Below are positions 40,540-50,594 of a stretch of DNA of 61,125 bases, one piece after another. Origin of the DNA: an uncultured Nitrospiraceae bacterium (GTDB taxonomy: Bacteria; Nitrospirota; Thermodesulfovibrionia; Thermodesulfovibrionales; Dissulfurispiraceae); NCBI GenBank assembly GCA_963705105.1, contig CAVPIW010000013.1:1-61125 (forward strand), read 5' to 3'. A program made the translations under genes and the position numbers. Within the stretch, counting starts at the first letter, position 1. Each line of letters begins with the position of its first letter. The notes beneath the pieces are model-generated. The model was not told the DNA's origin and searched no databases. It saw only the letters and a program-made list of their open reading frames with translations.

Positions 40540-42909
40540 TTACTGGCCGTTTTCGTGAAGCACCGCCTGCAAGACCTTGCCCAGTGTCTGCAGGGTGTAG
40601 GGCTTTTGAATGACGTTGTTGAAACCGTAATCCCTGTAATTGGACATGACAGGGTCCGTTGAATATCCGCTCGAAACGATCACCCTCGCCTGCGGGTCCA
40701 TCTCTCTCAGTTTCCTTGCCGTCTCGACCCCGCCCAGTCCTCCCGGGACGGTCAGATCCATGATGACAAGATCGAAGGGGTTGCCGGCTTCCCTCGACCT
40801 GGCATACTGGTCGATTACAACTGCCCCGTCCGGCGCGGTCTCCACGTTATAACCCAGTCTTTGAAGCATCGCCGCCACCACATCGCGCACCAGCTCGTCG
40901 TCATCCATGACGAGCAGCCTCCCCTTTCCGCAGGGGAGTGCATCTCCCGTCTCGCCGTGGATGCGGGTTTCTTGCGATGACGCAGGCAGATAGATATCGA
41001 ATGTCGTGCCTTTGCCGAGGTCGGAATCCACGCTGATGTGCCCTCCGTGCCTCTTGATGATCGAATGCGACGTTGACAGACCCAGTCCGCTTCCCTCCTG
41101 CTTCGTCGTGAAATAGGGGTCGAATATCCACGGGAGAAGTTCCCTCGGAATGCCCGTTCCCTGATCGGTGATGGCGATCTGCACGTAGTCACCCTTTTCC
41201 AGGGGGAGGATATCCGTATCATCGATTGTCCTGTTTTCGCACCTGACGGTAATGATCCCTCCACCGGGCATCGCCTGTTTTGCGTTGAGAATGATGTTGC
41301 CGATGACCTGGCTGATCTGTCCTTCATCGACATCAGACGGCCTGAGGTCAGCAGCAATGGCAAATTCGCATTTCGCTGACGAGCCTCTCACGGCAAATTC
41401 TGCGGAAGCCCTGATCAACGCGCCGAGGGACGTCGTCTTCTTGACGGGCGCCCCTCCCCGCGAAAATGTCAGCAACTGGCGCGTCAGTCCCTGGGCCCTC
41501 AGAACGGCCTGCTCTGCTTCGGCCAGCCTCTCGTAAGCCCGTTGCCCCACGTCGCCGGAAAGCTTCGTCAGGTTGATATTGCCGAGTATGGCCGTCAGGA
41601 CGTTATTGAAGTCATGGGCGATGCCGCCGGCCAGTATCCCGAGGGACTCGAGCTTCTGAATCCTCAGGACCTCCTCTTCCATGCTCTTCCGCTCGGTTAT
41701 ATCGCTGAGCAGGTTCAACGTCGCAGGGCGTCCCTCCCAGGCGATGAGGGCGGTCCTGATGTCCACCCACCTGACGGCGCCGTCCTTCCGGACAATCCTG
41801 AATTCGTATGCGTCGTCCTGTTTCAGCTCGCCTCTCAGTCGCTTCATGTGACGATCCCGGACCATATCCCTGTCCCTGTGATAGATGAACTCCGTAAAGG
41901 GGACGTCGGTCAGTTCCGCTTCGGTAAAGCCGCTTATCTGCACCATGCGGGGATTGACATACCTGAGGTATCCGTCCTGGGCGATGATGATCGCCTCGTT
42001 TGCGTGCTCGACGACAGTCCTGTATTTTTCCTCCGACTCCCTGAGCGCCTGCTCGGCCCGGACCCGCTCCGTGATGTCTTCACACACGACGATCGTGAAT
42101 TGGGGGACATTGTCTGCGTTTCGGATCAAAGACGCCCCGAGCTGCCCCCAGAGAATTCTGCCTGTTTTATGGATGTATCGCTTCGTAATCGTGTAATTGT
42201 CCAGCTCTCCCCGTATCAGTTGCCCGTAAAGCCATTGGCTTGACTCAATGTCATCAGGATGAGTGATTTCCGTGGCATGTACGCCGATCAGCTCTTCCTC
42301 TTTGTAGCCGAGGAACCGGCAGGCTGCGTCGTTTGCAGCAATGATGCGGCCTTCGGCGCCGACGATCGCCATGGGAATGACGGCGTTGTTGAAGAGCCCC
42401 CTGAAACGGGTCTCGCTCTGCCTCAGCGCCTCCTCCGCCTTTTTCCGCTCTGTAATATCCTCACCGATGCTCGCCGTGCCGACAATATGCCCCTGCCCAT
42501 CGCGGAGGACCGTGTTGTTCCAGGAAATGAGCCTCCGTTCGCCGGAACCGGTGATAATGTCATTTTCGTAATGCGGCGGGATGTTTCCCGTATTGACGGT
42601 GTTCAGAAAGGCGGACTTGACCTCGTCGCGGACATCGTCAGGAAGAAACATGCCGAACCAGTCTCCGCCGACGACATCTCCGCGGCACCGTCTTGTCGTC
42701 TCGAGGAGGAAATCATTGCAGAAGACTATATTCCCCTGGGTATCGAGAACAACAGCGACCAGTCTCACGGTCTCCAGCATTTCCCTGAACCGCCGTTCCG
42801 ATTCACAGAACGCGTCGTCCGCCGGCGCCTCAGCGCTCACCGGACCGGCAGGAACCGGCGCGGGCCGGTCTGTCTGCGCTGTCACCTTATCGTCTTCAGG
42901 ATTCGTCAT
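40540..42909 (-). CDS. hybrid sensor histidine kinase (3 PAS, HisKA/HATPase, receiver)
   Basis: AGGIAHDFNN, DQGTG, GSGLGL, LVMDDD...IMDL...KP. Confidence 0.95.
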   Translation of the reverse strand: MTNPEDDKVTAQTDRPAPVPAGPVSAEAPADDAFCESERRFREMLETVRLVAVVLDTQGNIVFCNDFLLETTRRCRGDVVGGDWFGMFLPDDVRDEVKSAFLNTVNTGNIPPHYENDIITGSGERRLISWNNTVLRDGQGHIVGTASIGEDITERKKAEEALRQSETRFRGLFNNAVIPMAIVGAEGRIIAANDAACRFLGYKEEELIGVHATEITHPDDIESSQWLYGQLIRGELDNYTITKRYIHKTGRILWGQLGASLIRNADNVPQFTIVVCEDITERVRAEQALRESEEKYRTVVEHANEAIIIAQDGYLRYVNPRMVQISGFTEAELTDVPFTEFIYHRDRDMVRDRHMKRLRGELKQDDAYEFRIVRKDGAVRWVDIRTALIAWEGRPATLNLLSDITERKSMEEEVLRIQKLESLGILAGGIAHDFNNVLTAILGNINLTKLSGDVGQRAYERLAEAEQAVLRAQGLTRQLLTFSRGGAPVKKTTSLGALIRASAEFAVRGSSAKCEFAIAADLRPSDVDEGQISQVIGNIILNAKQAMPGGGIITVRCENRTIDDTDILPLEKGDYVQIAITDQGTGIPRELLPWIFDPYFTTKQEGSGLGLSTSHSIIKRHGGHISVDSDLGKGTTFDIYLPASSQETRIHGETGDALPCGKGRLLVMDDDELVRDVVAAMLQRLGYNVETAPDGAVVIDQYARSREAGNPFDLVIMDLTVPGGLGGVETARKLREMDPQARVIVSSGYSTDPVMSNYRDYGFNNVIQKPYTLQTLGKVLQAVLHENGQ

Positions 42910-43076
42910 TTCCCATCCCCGGCATGTATTTCACATCCGCTTGCAGCAGATTCGCTTCACATATTGCATAAGAGCATAATTTATATCGTTGTCGTGAAAT
43001 CCGGGAGGAACATGAACTCCACAGTGCAGATGCACGGAAAAGCGGGGAGATGATGCCGGCACGAGGAGTGGCAACT

Positions 43077-43181
43077 CGTACCCGCGAAGCTTGTCCCCGC
43101 GGATAGTAAGCGGGGAGCGGACATCCAGATTGCAGGAAACTACATCAAAAACACAGGATTCCCGTCTGCACGGGAATGACG
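43077..43181. repeat. REP-like palindromic element
   Basis: ends GGATTCCCGTCTGCACGGGAATGACG. Confidence 0.65.
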
Positions 43182-43223
43182 GACGGGATCTGCATGAGAC
43201 TCTTTATGTGATCGGCAACTTTA

Positions 43224-43435
43224 CCCTGTAGTTGAATAAAAAAGCGGGGCGAAGCGCCTCAAAGCCTTGCTGAAGGCGACGATACGCCTCGTCAGCTTCG
43301 TGTTTCAGGATTCCACTCTTTGTGTCATCGACCATTGGCGTATAGGTCGTCTGCCCTTTCGATACAGGTGTCGCCGCATCAAGGTTTTCGGCGCATACAC
43401 CCCGCCTTTCCTGGCAGTGTGTTGCAACGATAAGG
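43224..43435 (+). mobile_element. hairpin MITE, copy 6
   Basis: Homologous to copies 1 and 5; 8 bp from the patatin stop. Confidence 0.85.
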
Positions 43436-43443
43436 TTTAATTT

Positions 43444-44652
43444 CTAAAGGTCCAGCAGCCTGACGGCGATGCGGTCAGCCACTTTTTTCCCGGGTGCACC
43501 CCTGGCGCTGCGAATGCCCCGTGCTTTTGCCGCCCCTCCCGCCATTTTATTGAAATAATCGGCCATGGCGCGTTGCCCTGCAGCAACGAGGGCGTTCCGT
43601 CTTTCCCCGCTCATGTCGAACTCAGTCGTTCCGTAGCCCTGGGCCGGCAACCGCACGACGAGGTGGTTGAACTCATCGATCACCATCTTGTCATGGGCCG
43701 TCGTCGCCGTGTTCGCCAGACGGGAGAGGCGCTGCACCGTCTTCAACTCTCCCGGCTTCACGTTGACGTCTACGATCAGCCCTTTTGCACTGCGGGTTTG
43801 CATCACCGGCAGAGATTCGTCGATCAGCAGGCCGAGCACGGGATCGGCGCCCTTCGGACCCATCAGCCGCGTCACCTGAGGCTCATCGGAGATGAAGAGC
43901 TCGATGGGAAAGTTAGACAGCAGCCCGCCGTCGACGATGGTGTGGCCCGTGATGTCCTTCTGCAGATATGTCCCCCAGTCCTTGTCCCAGACCACCTCAT
44001 TCCAGACCAGGGGAATGCTCATGGACATGCGCACCGCCCAGACGACGGGGCACTTTGGAGACGTCCGGTGGTTGAGGACGAGCAGGCGACCGTCCGTCGT
44101 GTCGGACACCACCATGGACAAATCGACCTGCGTCTCATCGAAAAACCGGGCAAGTGTCATGGCGCTGAACTTCCGCGTGGACCCCTTCCAGGGGCCGCTG
44201 TCGAGCTTCGCCTGCAGCCAGGAAATGAAACGATCGGCGGCGTACCAGCCTCCACGCTCTACAAAGGCGAAGAAGTGGCGAAAACGGTCGCTCCCGGCGA
44301 GCAGCTCGGCAATCGCATCGTCCAGTCGTTCCTCGATGATGTCGGGCAGGATCTTCATGTTGACATTGCGAAGCAGATCACGGGTTGCGCTGGCCCTGAT
44401 TTCCTCCTCCGTAAAGGGCGGCGGCGTGCCCATGAACCCGGCAAAGACGGACCTGCCGTTGTCCTGCTCGTTCAGCGCCTCCAGCATCTCCTCCGCTGAG
44501 TACCCGGCGGCCATCAATGTTGCCGTAATAGCGCCGGCCGATGTCCCGAGGATCCTCCCGAAGGTATGCCCCCGCCTCGTGAATTCCGCACAGGCCCCGA
44601 CGAACACCATCCCCTTTGCCCCACCGCCTTCAAAGACCAGATCGTATTTCAT
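43444..44652 (-). CDS. patatin-like phospholipase
   Basis: FEGGGAKG, GTSAG (catalytic Ser), DGG (catalytic Asp). Confidence 0.93.
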   Translation of the reverse strand: MKYDLVFEGGGAKGMVFVGACAEFTRRGHTFGRILGTSAGAITATLMAAGYSAEEMLEALNEQDNGRSVFAGFMGTPPPFTEEEIRASATRDLLRNVNMKILPDIIEERLDDAIAELLAGSDRFRHFFAFVERGGWYAADRFISWLQAKLDSGPWKGSTRKFSAMTLARFFDETQVDLSMVVSDTTDGRLLVLNHRTSPKCPVVWAVRMSMSIPLVWNEVVWDKDWGTYLQKDITGHTIVDGGLLSNFPIELFISDEPQVTRLMGPKGADPVLGLLIDESLPVMQTRSAKGLIVDVNVKPGELKTVQRLSRLANTATTAHDKMVIDEFNHLVVRLPAQGYGTTEFDMSGERRNALVAAGQRAMADYFNKMAGGAAKARGIRSARGAPGKKVADRIAVRLLDL

Positions 44653-44820
44653 ATACGGAACCTCCCGTCAATCATATTGATTTTGACCTTGTAGGAGCCG
44701 TTCCCCAAACGGTCCGAGATATTTCCTTTCAACGAAATGCTGACACTATCATTTTTCCAAGGCGCTTTGCGCTGTCTTAATCACGCAGGACAATCGTCAT
44801 CGTCGGGCCTGTCGAGGCGT

Positions 44821-47800
44821 CTATGGCCACCACCGGGTCACGTCCTTCATGACGCGAATTGTCGCGGTAACTGCCTCCTTCTCTCCGAGGTGTTTCACCA
44901 TGGGGGCGAAAAATGCGAGGTCGAGGAGCAAATCGGCACGTGACCGCTCAGCCAGGGCATGCAGAGCATCCTTCCACAGAGAGCGGGCGTCCGAAGATAA
45001 CAACGACTGCCACTGCCCGATGATACCCACCCATGCCCATGACCTGTCCCAGGCGCCCCGAGCGGCATCATGCTTCCAGACCCATTGAGCCCCCTGTATG
45101 AGGGCTTCCTTCAGGAGATCCGCCCTCTCTTCCGGGGGAAGTGTGGGGACAAGGCAGACAAGGGCCTGTGCACGCTGATGGGCATAGAGGCCCCTGTAGG
45201 CTTCCCAAAACAACTCCTTCCATTCCGCACCTGAGGATGCAGAAAGCGCCAGCCCGACGAGAATATCCGTACATTCAACTGTCGACGCCCCGGCCTTGCG
45301 CAGGATTAACAGGCGGCTGCGACAGGCGCCCAGCGTCTCACTGAGCACACTGGTTCGCTCATCGGGGCCGAGACAGGGCATCAGGGCTGCAAGGGCACGG
45401 GCGCGGAAGCCCTCATCGCCGATCTCCCGGGCCGCGGCCAGTGCCCTTTGAATGAGTTCACCGGAGAGGTAGCCCCCTGTTGCACAAGCCGCAATTGATT
45501 CGGCACGCTGCTGCCAGTTGCCCGTCAGGGTGATTGCCTCAAGGGTTTTCTCACCGGCAAGCGGTTTTTCTTTCTCAGGCAGGTGGGGTAGCAGGGGAAC
45601 CAGTGCTGCTGCGCGATACCCAGACTCAGCTCGCAGTTTCAGTGACGCAGTCATAACCTCTGCCAACACACCGGGAGGCAGATGAGAGGCCAACGTAACG
45701 ATCACACCCGCTCGTTCGGACTCCGACCGGGCATCGCTCAGAAGGCTCCTGATGAGCCCCGGCCGGTCTTGTTCCGGTATACGGGGGAGACATCTCACAA
45801 GCTCTTTGGCGCGGGTGGTGACAGGGGATATCTGATGAACAGCCGTGACCGCCTCGGCGATACGCGAGTCCGGGAGGGCAGGGACCAGACCCAGCAGTGC
45901 CTGTCCCCGCCTGTAATCGTTGTCTATTCCGTCGACGATCGCCAGAACCTCCTGCAGGTGAACTTCCGGTACTGCATGCACTATCCCGGCAAGGGCTTTC
46001 GGCAGGTCATCCGACGTGGACGGAAAAGCACGCAGTTCTTCCAGGATGTGCTTCCATGCCAGGGGTCTCAACGATTCCGGAAGCCATTCGACGAGGCGAT
46101 GCAGTTTCGCGATGCGGTCAAGTAGTGAAGGTATGGCGGCAATCATTGCGATGAGTTCCGGCGGCGCCAGAGGGCACTCTTCCATCGGGGCATGAAGGGC
46201 AAAAGCGAGAATGGCGGCGGCCTGTTCCTCATTGTCCCGAAGGGCGCGGGCAACGGAAATAGCCCGGGGAAGTAAATGTCCCGGAAGGTGAGACGCCAGC
46301 CCATCGATCAGTTTGAACCTGAGTTCGTCGCTTGCTATGCCCTCAGCGGCATCAAGACCCCTTGCGAGCAGGTCCTCCCGCAGGTGTCCTGCGAGGTTGC
46401 GCAGGGCATCGACACGCGCACTTTCTTCGTCGAGCGACAGCGCTATCCGGAGAAGTTCATCCCGGCCGGTCTCAGTCACCTTTGGCGCAAGCTCGCCGAT
46501 CGCTTCTGCCCGCCGTGTGGCATTATCGGGCTGACGGAGCGCATCGAGCGCTTCTTTCCTTAACTGATCCCTCAGCAGATCAGGAGTCCACGGTATGAGC
46601 AGCGCAAGCCCTATCGCCTTTGCGGTGTGGCAATCCTGGCCCCGCGCCTCAGCCAGGGCCTCTTCCAGGACAGGCAGCGCATCCTCTGCGGAAAGGGACG
46701 AAATGAACGCCGCCATCGCGCGGACCTTAACGGGATCTGTCCCTCCCCCCATATACCTGACAGCCTCCCTCCCTTCCCGCACCAGATCTAGCCGCACGGC
46801 ATCGGAGCAACGAGGCAGCAATGCAGCAATCGCCTCAGCGCGGGCATAGGGATTCCCGAGCGACCGCACTTTCGCCACTGCGCGCTCCAGATGATGGCCA
46901 GTCATCTCCGGCACGAGAAACGCGAAGGCTTCGGCAACTTCGCCGTCATCTACAAAGGAAAGAACCGCTTCCTGCGCCCTTTCCAGGGTCTCCGCACGTT
47001 CTGCGCCATGCTGTCGTCGCGCCAGGGCTGCCAGGGCTTCCACGACCTCCTTTTTTGGTGACGCCGCTGCGAGGGTCCGAAGCTCTTCCGCGACGCGCGT
47101 CAGGAAGCCGGTGGGGAGGAATGGAATCAACCCGCCGAGGGCAACGGCACGGTCATCGGCAAAAGGAATCAACAGCGCCATATCGATCGCCTCGGCAAGC
47201 CTCCCGGGGGGCAGGACGCCCGCGATTCGAGCCAGCTCATATGCCCTGGTCGACTCATATTGAAATGCTCTCAACAACGCAAACATCTCACCGGTGATCT
47301 CATCGCGCCGTTCACCGTCGCAACGGGCAGAAAGGGCGGCAAGGGGCCGCACCCTCTCATGGACGTTCTGAATCGAGCGGGCCAGCGCATAGGCCCTGTC
47401 GAAATGTTCGGCTGTCAGGCGAGGCGCCAGGATTGATAGCGCCGTCGCCCTGCCCTCCTCGTCGGTGATTTGCTCGATCGAGCGCAGGGCCTGACCTGAC
47501 GTCCAGATGCCCTGATCGAGCAGAACGCCAAGCAGCGACGGTGGCAGGCTTGAAGACATGCTATGGACGCTGGCACTTACAAGGGCATACCGTACTTGGA
47601 GGGCTATGTCGAAAGACGCGTCTGCCGCAGCCCATGCAACTGCCGTATCGGCCAGGAAACCCGTCAGGCTTCCCTCCCTTTGTTCCTTGATCGCGGCCCA
47701 CCGCTCGCTGATGAGCTCATGGAGGCTTTCGGCCCATTCCGCACGGGCGCTGTGACTGGCCAGATGGGCAAGTCCGTAGTCGTCGATCCCCTCGATCTTC

Positions 47801-49299
47801 GCCTCCTTCCAGGACGAAGCGCCGTCCCGGTAGGCGCAGACAGCCTTTCTATGCCAATCCCGGGGATCGACAAAAAGGTCCGTCGTTGCGGAACAGGTCT
47901 TCGTTTCTCCGCTCGTCAGAAACTCCGGCATTGTGGCATGGTAGAACCTGCAGCGGTCTCCCTCTTCGTCCAGAAACTGCCGCAGGCACTCCTTCGCCTC
48001 GATCACATCGTCCCTGCTCCCGGCAATTCCGCCCAGATGACGGATCTGATCGGCGCTCAGCGGCTCGAACGCCACCGACAGCACACCGAGCGCAGGCTTG
48101 TACACCTCCGTCCAGATCGAGAGGAAATGGTCCTTCCCCGTCGACTCATCCCTCACCCTGATGCTCCTGTCCCTGACAGACGGGCTGTTCTTAATTTGAT
48201 GCAGAAAGAATGCATAGAGCTCCTGCATGTCTTTGGGAAGCTCCCTTAAGGATAGTAATCCCTTCAACAGACTAAGCCCTTCCCATTCATTCTTCTCTTT
48301 GACCGTCAAGGCCTGGTCAATTCCACGTGCAAAGGCGTCCAGGTACCCAATGTTCCCGTCAGCCCTGTTGACCGCTTCGCTAACAAAATCTGCAATTTTG
48401 CGTTTTTCACTCTTAAGGCTCGCAGCAACCTCAGGGACGCTTGCCAGCTTCTCGACGTATGTCTTCAACTCATCGTGAACACGATTGTCCTTTGATTTAA
48501 TGGTAAGCGGTCTGATAGAGGTTTGCTTCTTCTCACAAAAGGTGACGACATCTCCCTCAAGAGGCCGGGAGGTCAAAATGAACCGCACGTTATGAGGCAG
48601 TTCCGGGCAGTCGATCAGCCACTTCAGAAGTGTACCTTCAGATCCGTGGTACCGGATCTCGTCGAGAGCATCGACAAGAATGACAACCTTTTTCCCCGGG
48701 TTAAGCTTGAGGAGTAACGAGGCCGGATCGAAGAGCGCCATGAACTGGAGGTCCTTCTGATCAATAAGACGGGGATCAATGACTAGTTCGTCAACCCGGA
48801 GACCGACGACGGTTCCTTTGTTTCGTTCGACCTGCTGTTGTATCTGTAGAACCTTTGTGTAAAAAGGAGAGGCAAGAATCCTCTTGACGTCAGCCCCCGT
48901 GACCGCGCCTTGTTCTTCTACCGTCCCGATGCGCTGTTCGATGACTATCTTCACCTGTTCCTGAGTAAACAGTTCCGGGAATATCGCTGCCAATTGATAG
49001 CCGATGCGCAGCAGGAAAGAATGGACGCCCACGTCTCCCAGCGGAGTACGCTGGTCCCGCCGAATAAAATAGCGCGGCCAGTCGGGGTGATCATGCGCAA
49101 GCTGCGCCATGAAGGCGCTCTTGCCGGAGCCCGGTTCCGCCGTCAGGAACACGAAGCGGCACTCAGGGTCTTTGAATTTTTCGGCCACTTCATCAGCCAG
49201 CCAGTCACGGCGGACGAAACGCGGTCTATCATAATAGGAAGCAATGACAGAAGCGAAAAATAAGTCATCGTATTTGGAGCTATCAATCTCCGGGCTCAT
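44821..49299 (-). CDS. NACHT/STAND-like NTPase with long C-terminal helical repeats (bacterial NLR-like)
   Basis: PRFVRRDWL, AEPGSGKS (Walker A), ILVDALDE (Walker B), ILTSR, FYHAT; many RAxALxxLAPxL repeats. Confidence 0.88.
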   Translation of the reverse strand: MSPEIDSSKYDDLFFASVIASYYDRPRFVRRDWLADEVAEKFKDPECRFVFLTAEPGSGKSAFMAQLAHDHPDWPRYFIRRDQRTPLGDVGVHSFLLRIGYQLAAIFPELFTQEQVKIVIEQRIGTVEEQGAVTGADVKRILASPFYTKVLQIQQQVERNKGTVVGLRVDELVIDPRLIDQKDLQFMALFDPASLLLKLNPGKKVVILVDALDEIRYHGSEGTLLKWLIDCPELPHNVRFILTSRPLEGDVVTFCEKKQTSIRPLTIKSKDNRVHDELKTYVEKLASVPEVAASLKSEKRKIADFVSEAVNRADGNIGYLDAFARGIDQALTVKEKNEWEGLSLLKGLLSLRELPKDMQELYAFFLHQIKNSPSVRDRSIRVRDESTGKDHFLSIWTEVYKPALGVLSVAFEPLSADQIRHLGGIAGSRDDVIEAKECLRQFLDEEGDRCRFYHATMPEFLTSGETKTCSATTDLFVDPRDWHRKAVCAYRDGASSWKEAKIEGIDDYGLAHLASHSARAEWAESLHELISERWAAIKEQREGSLTGFLADTAVAWAAADASFDIALQVRYALVSASVHSMSSSLPPSLLGVLLDQGIWTSGQALRSIEQITDEEGRATALSILAPRLTAEHFDRAYALARSIQNVHERVRPLAALSARCDGERRDEITGEMFALLRAFQYESTRAYELARIAGVLPPGRLAEAIDMALLIPFADDRAVALGGLIPFLPTGFLTRVAEELRTLAAASPKKEVVEALAALARRQHGAERAETLERAQEAVLSFVDDGEVAEAFAFLVPEMTGHHLERAVAKVRSLGNPYARAEAIAALLPRCSDAVRLDLVREGREAVRYMGGGTDPVKVRAMAAFISSLSAEDALPVLEEALAEARGQDCHTAKAIGLALLIPWTPDLLRDQLRKEALDALRQPDNATRRAEAIGELAPKVTETGRDELLRIALSLDEESARVDALRNLAGHLREDLLARGLDAAEGIASDELRFKLIDGLASHLPGHLLPRAISVARALRDNEEQAAAILAFALHAPMEECPLAPPELIAMIAAIPSLLDRIAKLHRLVEWLPESLRPLAWKHILEELRAFPSTSDDLPKALAGIVHAVPEVHLQEVLAIVDGIDNDYRRGQALLGLVPALPDSRIAEAVTAVHQISPVTTRAKELVRCLPRIPEQDRPGLIRSLLSDARSESERAGVIVTLASHLPPGVLAEVMTASLKLRAESGYRAAALVPLLPHLPEKEKPLAGEKTLEAITLTGNWQQRAESIAACATGGYLSGELIQRALAAAREIGDEGFRARALAALMPCLGPDERTSVLSETLGACRSRLLILRKAGASTVECTDILVGLALSASSGAEWKELFWEAYRGLYAHQRAQALVCLVPTLPPEERADLLKEALIQGAQWVWKHDAARGAWDRSWAWVGIIGQWQSLLSSDARSLWKDALHALAERSRADLLLDLAFFAPMVKHLGEKEAVTATIRVMKDVTRWWP

Positions 49300-49390
49300 C
49301 GCTTGTCATCCCTTCATCATGTCCATCAAAAGGACGCATGGTGCGGTGACATGTTTTCCCGCTCAGCTGCAGCATCACAGAAGAATTCGA

Positions 49391-50549
49391 TCAATGTTTC
49401 ACTCTTTTCCGTGTCAACTTGGCGCATTGCTGTTGCAGCCACGTGATGCGTTGGCCGATCTTCAGTATGTTGTCCGCCGAGAAACCAGGATCCTCAGGAG
49501 CCAGCTCATATGTCCTCTGCCACTCCTGAACTGCCCTTATGCACCATTCTTCTTTGTGCGTCGGGTCGCTCTCCATCTTGTCCTCGAATGCAAGGGCCAG
49601 ATCGTTGTGCGCTGCCGTGTAGGTTGGGAGCAAATCGATCGCCCGTTTATATGATGCAATGGCAGCGTCCGTGTTTCCTAATGCGTGCTCAATATTTCCA
49701 AGGCCATTGTGAGCGCCTGCATTATCGGGCTCCTGCTGCGCGACATGCCGGAAAAGTCTCGCAGCCTCTTCGTAGTATTTCTGCTTACTGGCGTGGTCGT
49801 TCATAGCGTCCGCGACTTGTGCAAGAGTTTTGGCTATGTACCCACGCTGTGTCAGTGCGCTTGGACCCAAGGGGTCCGTATGCATGGCCGCACTGCGAGC
49901 GTCTTCTAACTTCTTTACTGCAGCCCCGTAATTCTGTGTATTGATGTCATTCCATGGCTCGGGATTGCTGTATCCAGGCGATGGATTCGAACGAGTCAGA
50001 ATATTCCGTGTCTATGGCACAGGCCTGGTGAAAGTATTTCAGGGCCTCTTCGTATTTCCGGTCATATGCCGCCAGCATGCCCAAATGGTAAAGTGTCTGG
50101 GCGGATACAGGCAGGCCTCTGGACGCGACATCCTTCTGTGCGGCCTCAACTTCGGCAATCTGACGACTGACGTTCTCAGGCACGGACTGAGTTGCCAGGA
50201 CCTTCAGGGTCTGTTTGTCGACGCCCTGCAGTGCAGCAATCCGATTGACGATCTCATCGAGCGCCTGAGGCCCCAGGACCATGACGTTGTTCGTGATCGT
50301 CTTCCGGTCAACATAGTCACCCTTTACGATCTTCTTCTCCATCTGATTGACCGTACTCCGGATCGTAATCTTCCCTTTCACTTTTCCGATCGCCACCCCC
50401 GTAACCTTGCCACCTTCGACCGTGCCCACCTCCTGGGCAACGTTTATCCTGGCAGATGGCTTCGCGGTCTTCTTGATTTGTACACCGCAATTTGGGCAGA
50501 AACTTGCCTTGTCAGGAAGGGGTTCGCAACCGCACTTTGGGCATTTCAT
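49391..50549 (-). pseudogene. zinc-ribbon + beta-repeat + TPR protein, split by a 1-nt frameshift near 49950
   Basis: CPKC/CPNC N-terminus; GCC ATG G AAT GAC: removing one G joins 50549-49947 to the 49885-49391 TPR ORF (AMNDINTQNYGAAVKKLEDARSAAMHTDP). Confidence 0.8.
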
Positions 50550-50594
50550 GGACACTCCTTCACAAACTCATTTTGACCATTTTCGCCTCACTCA

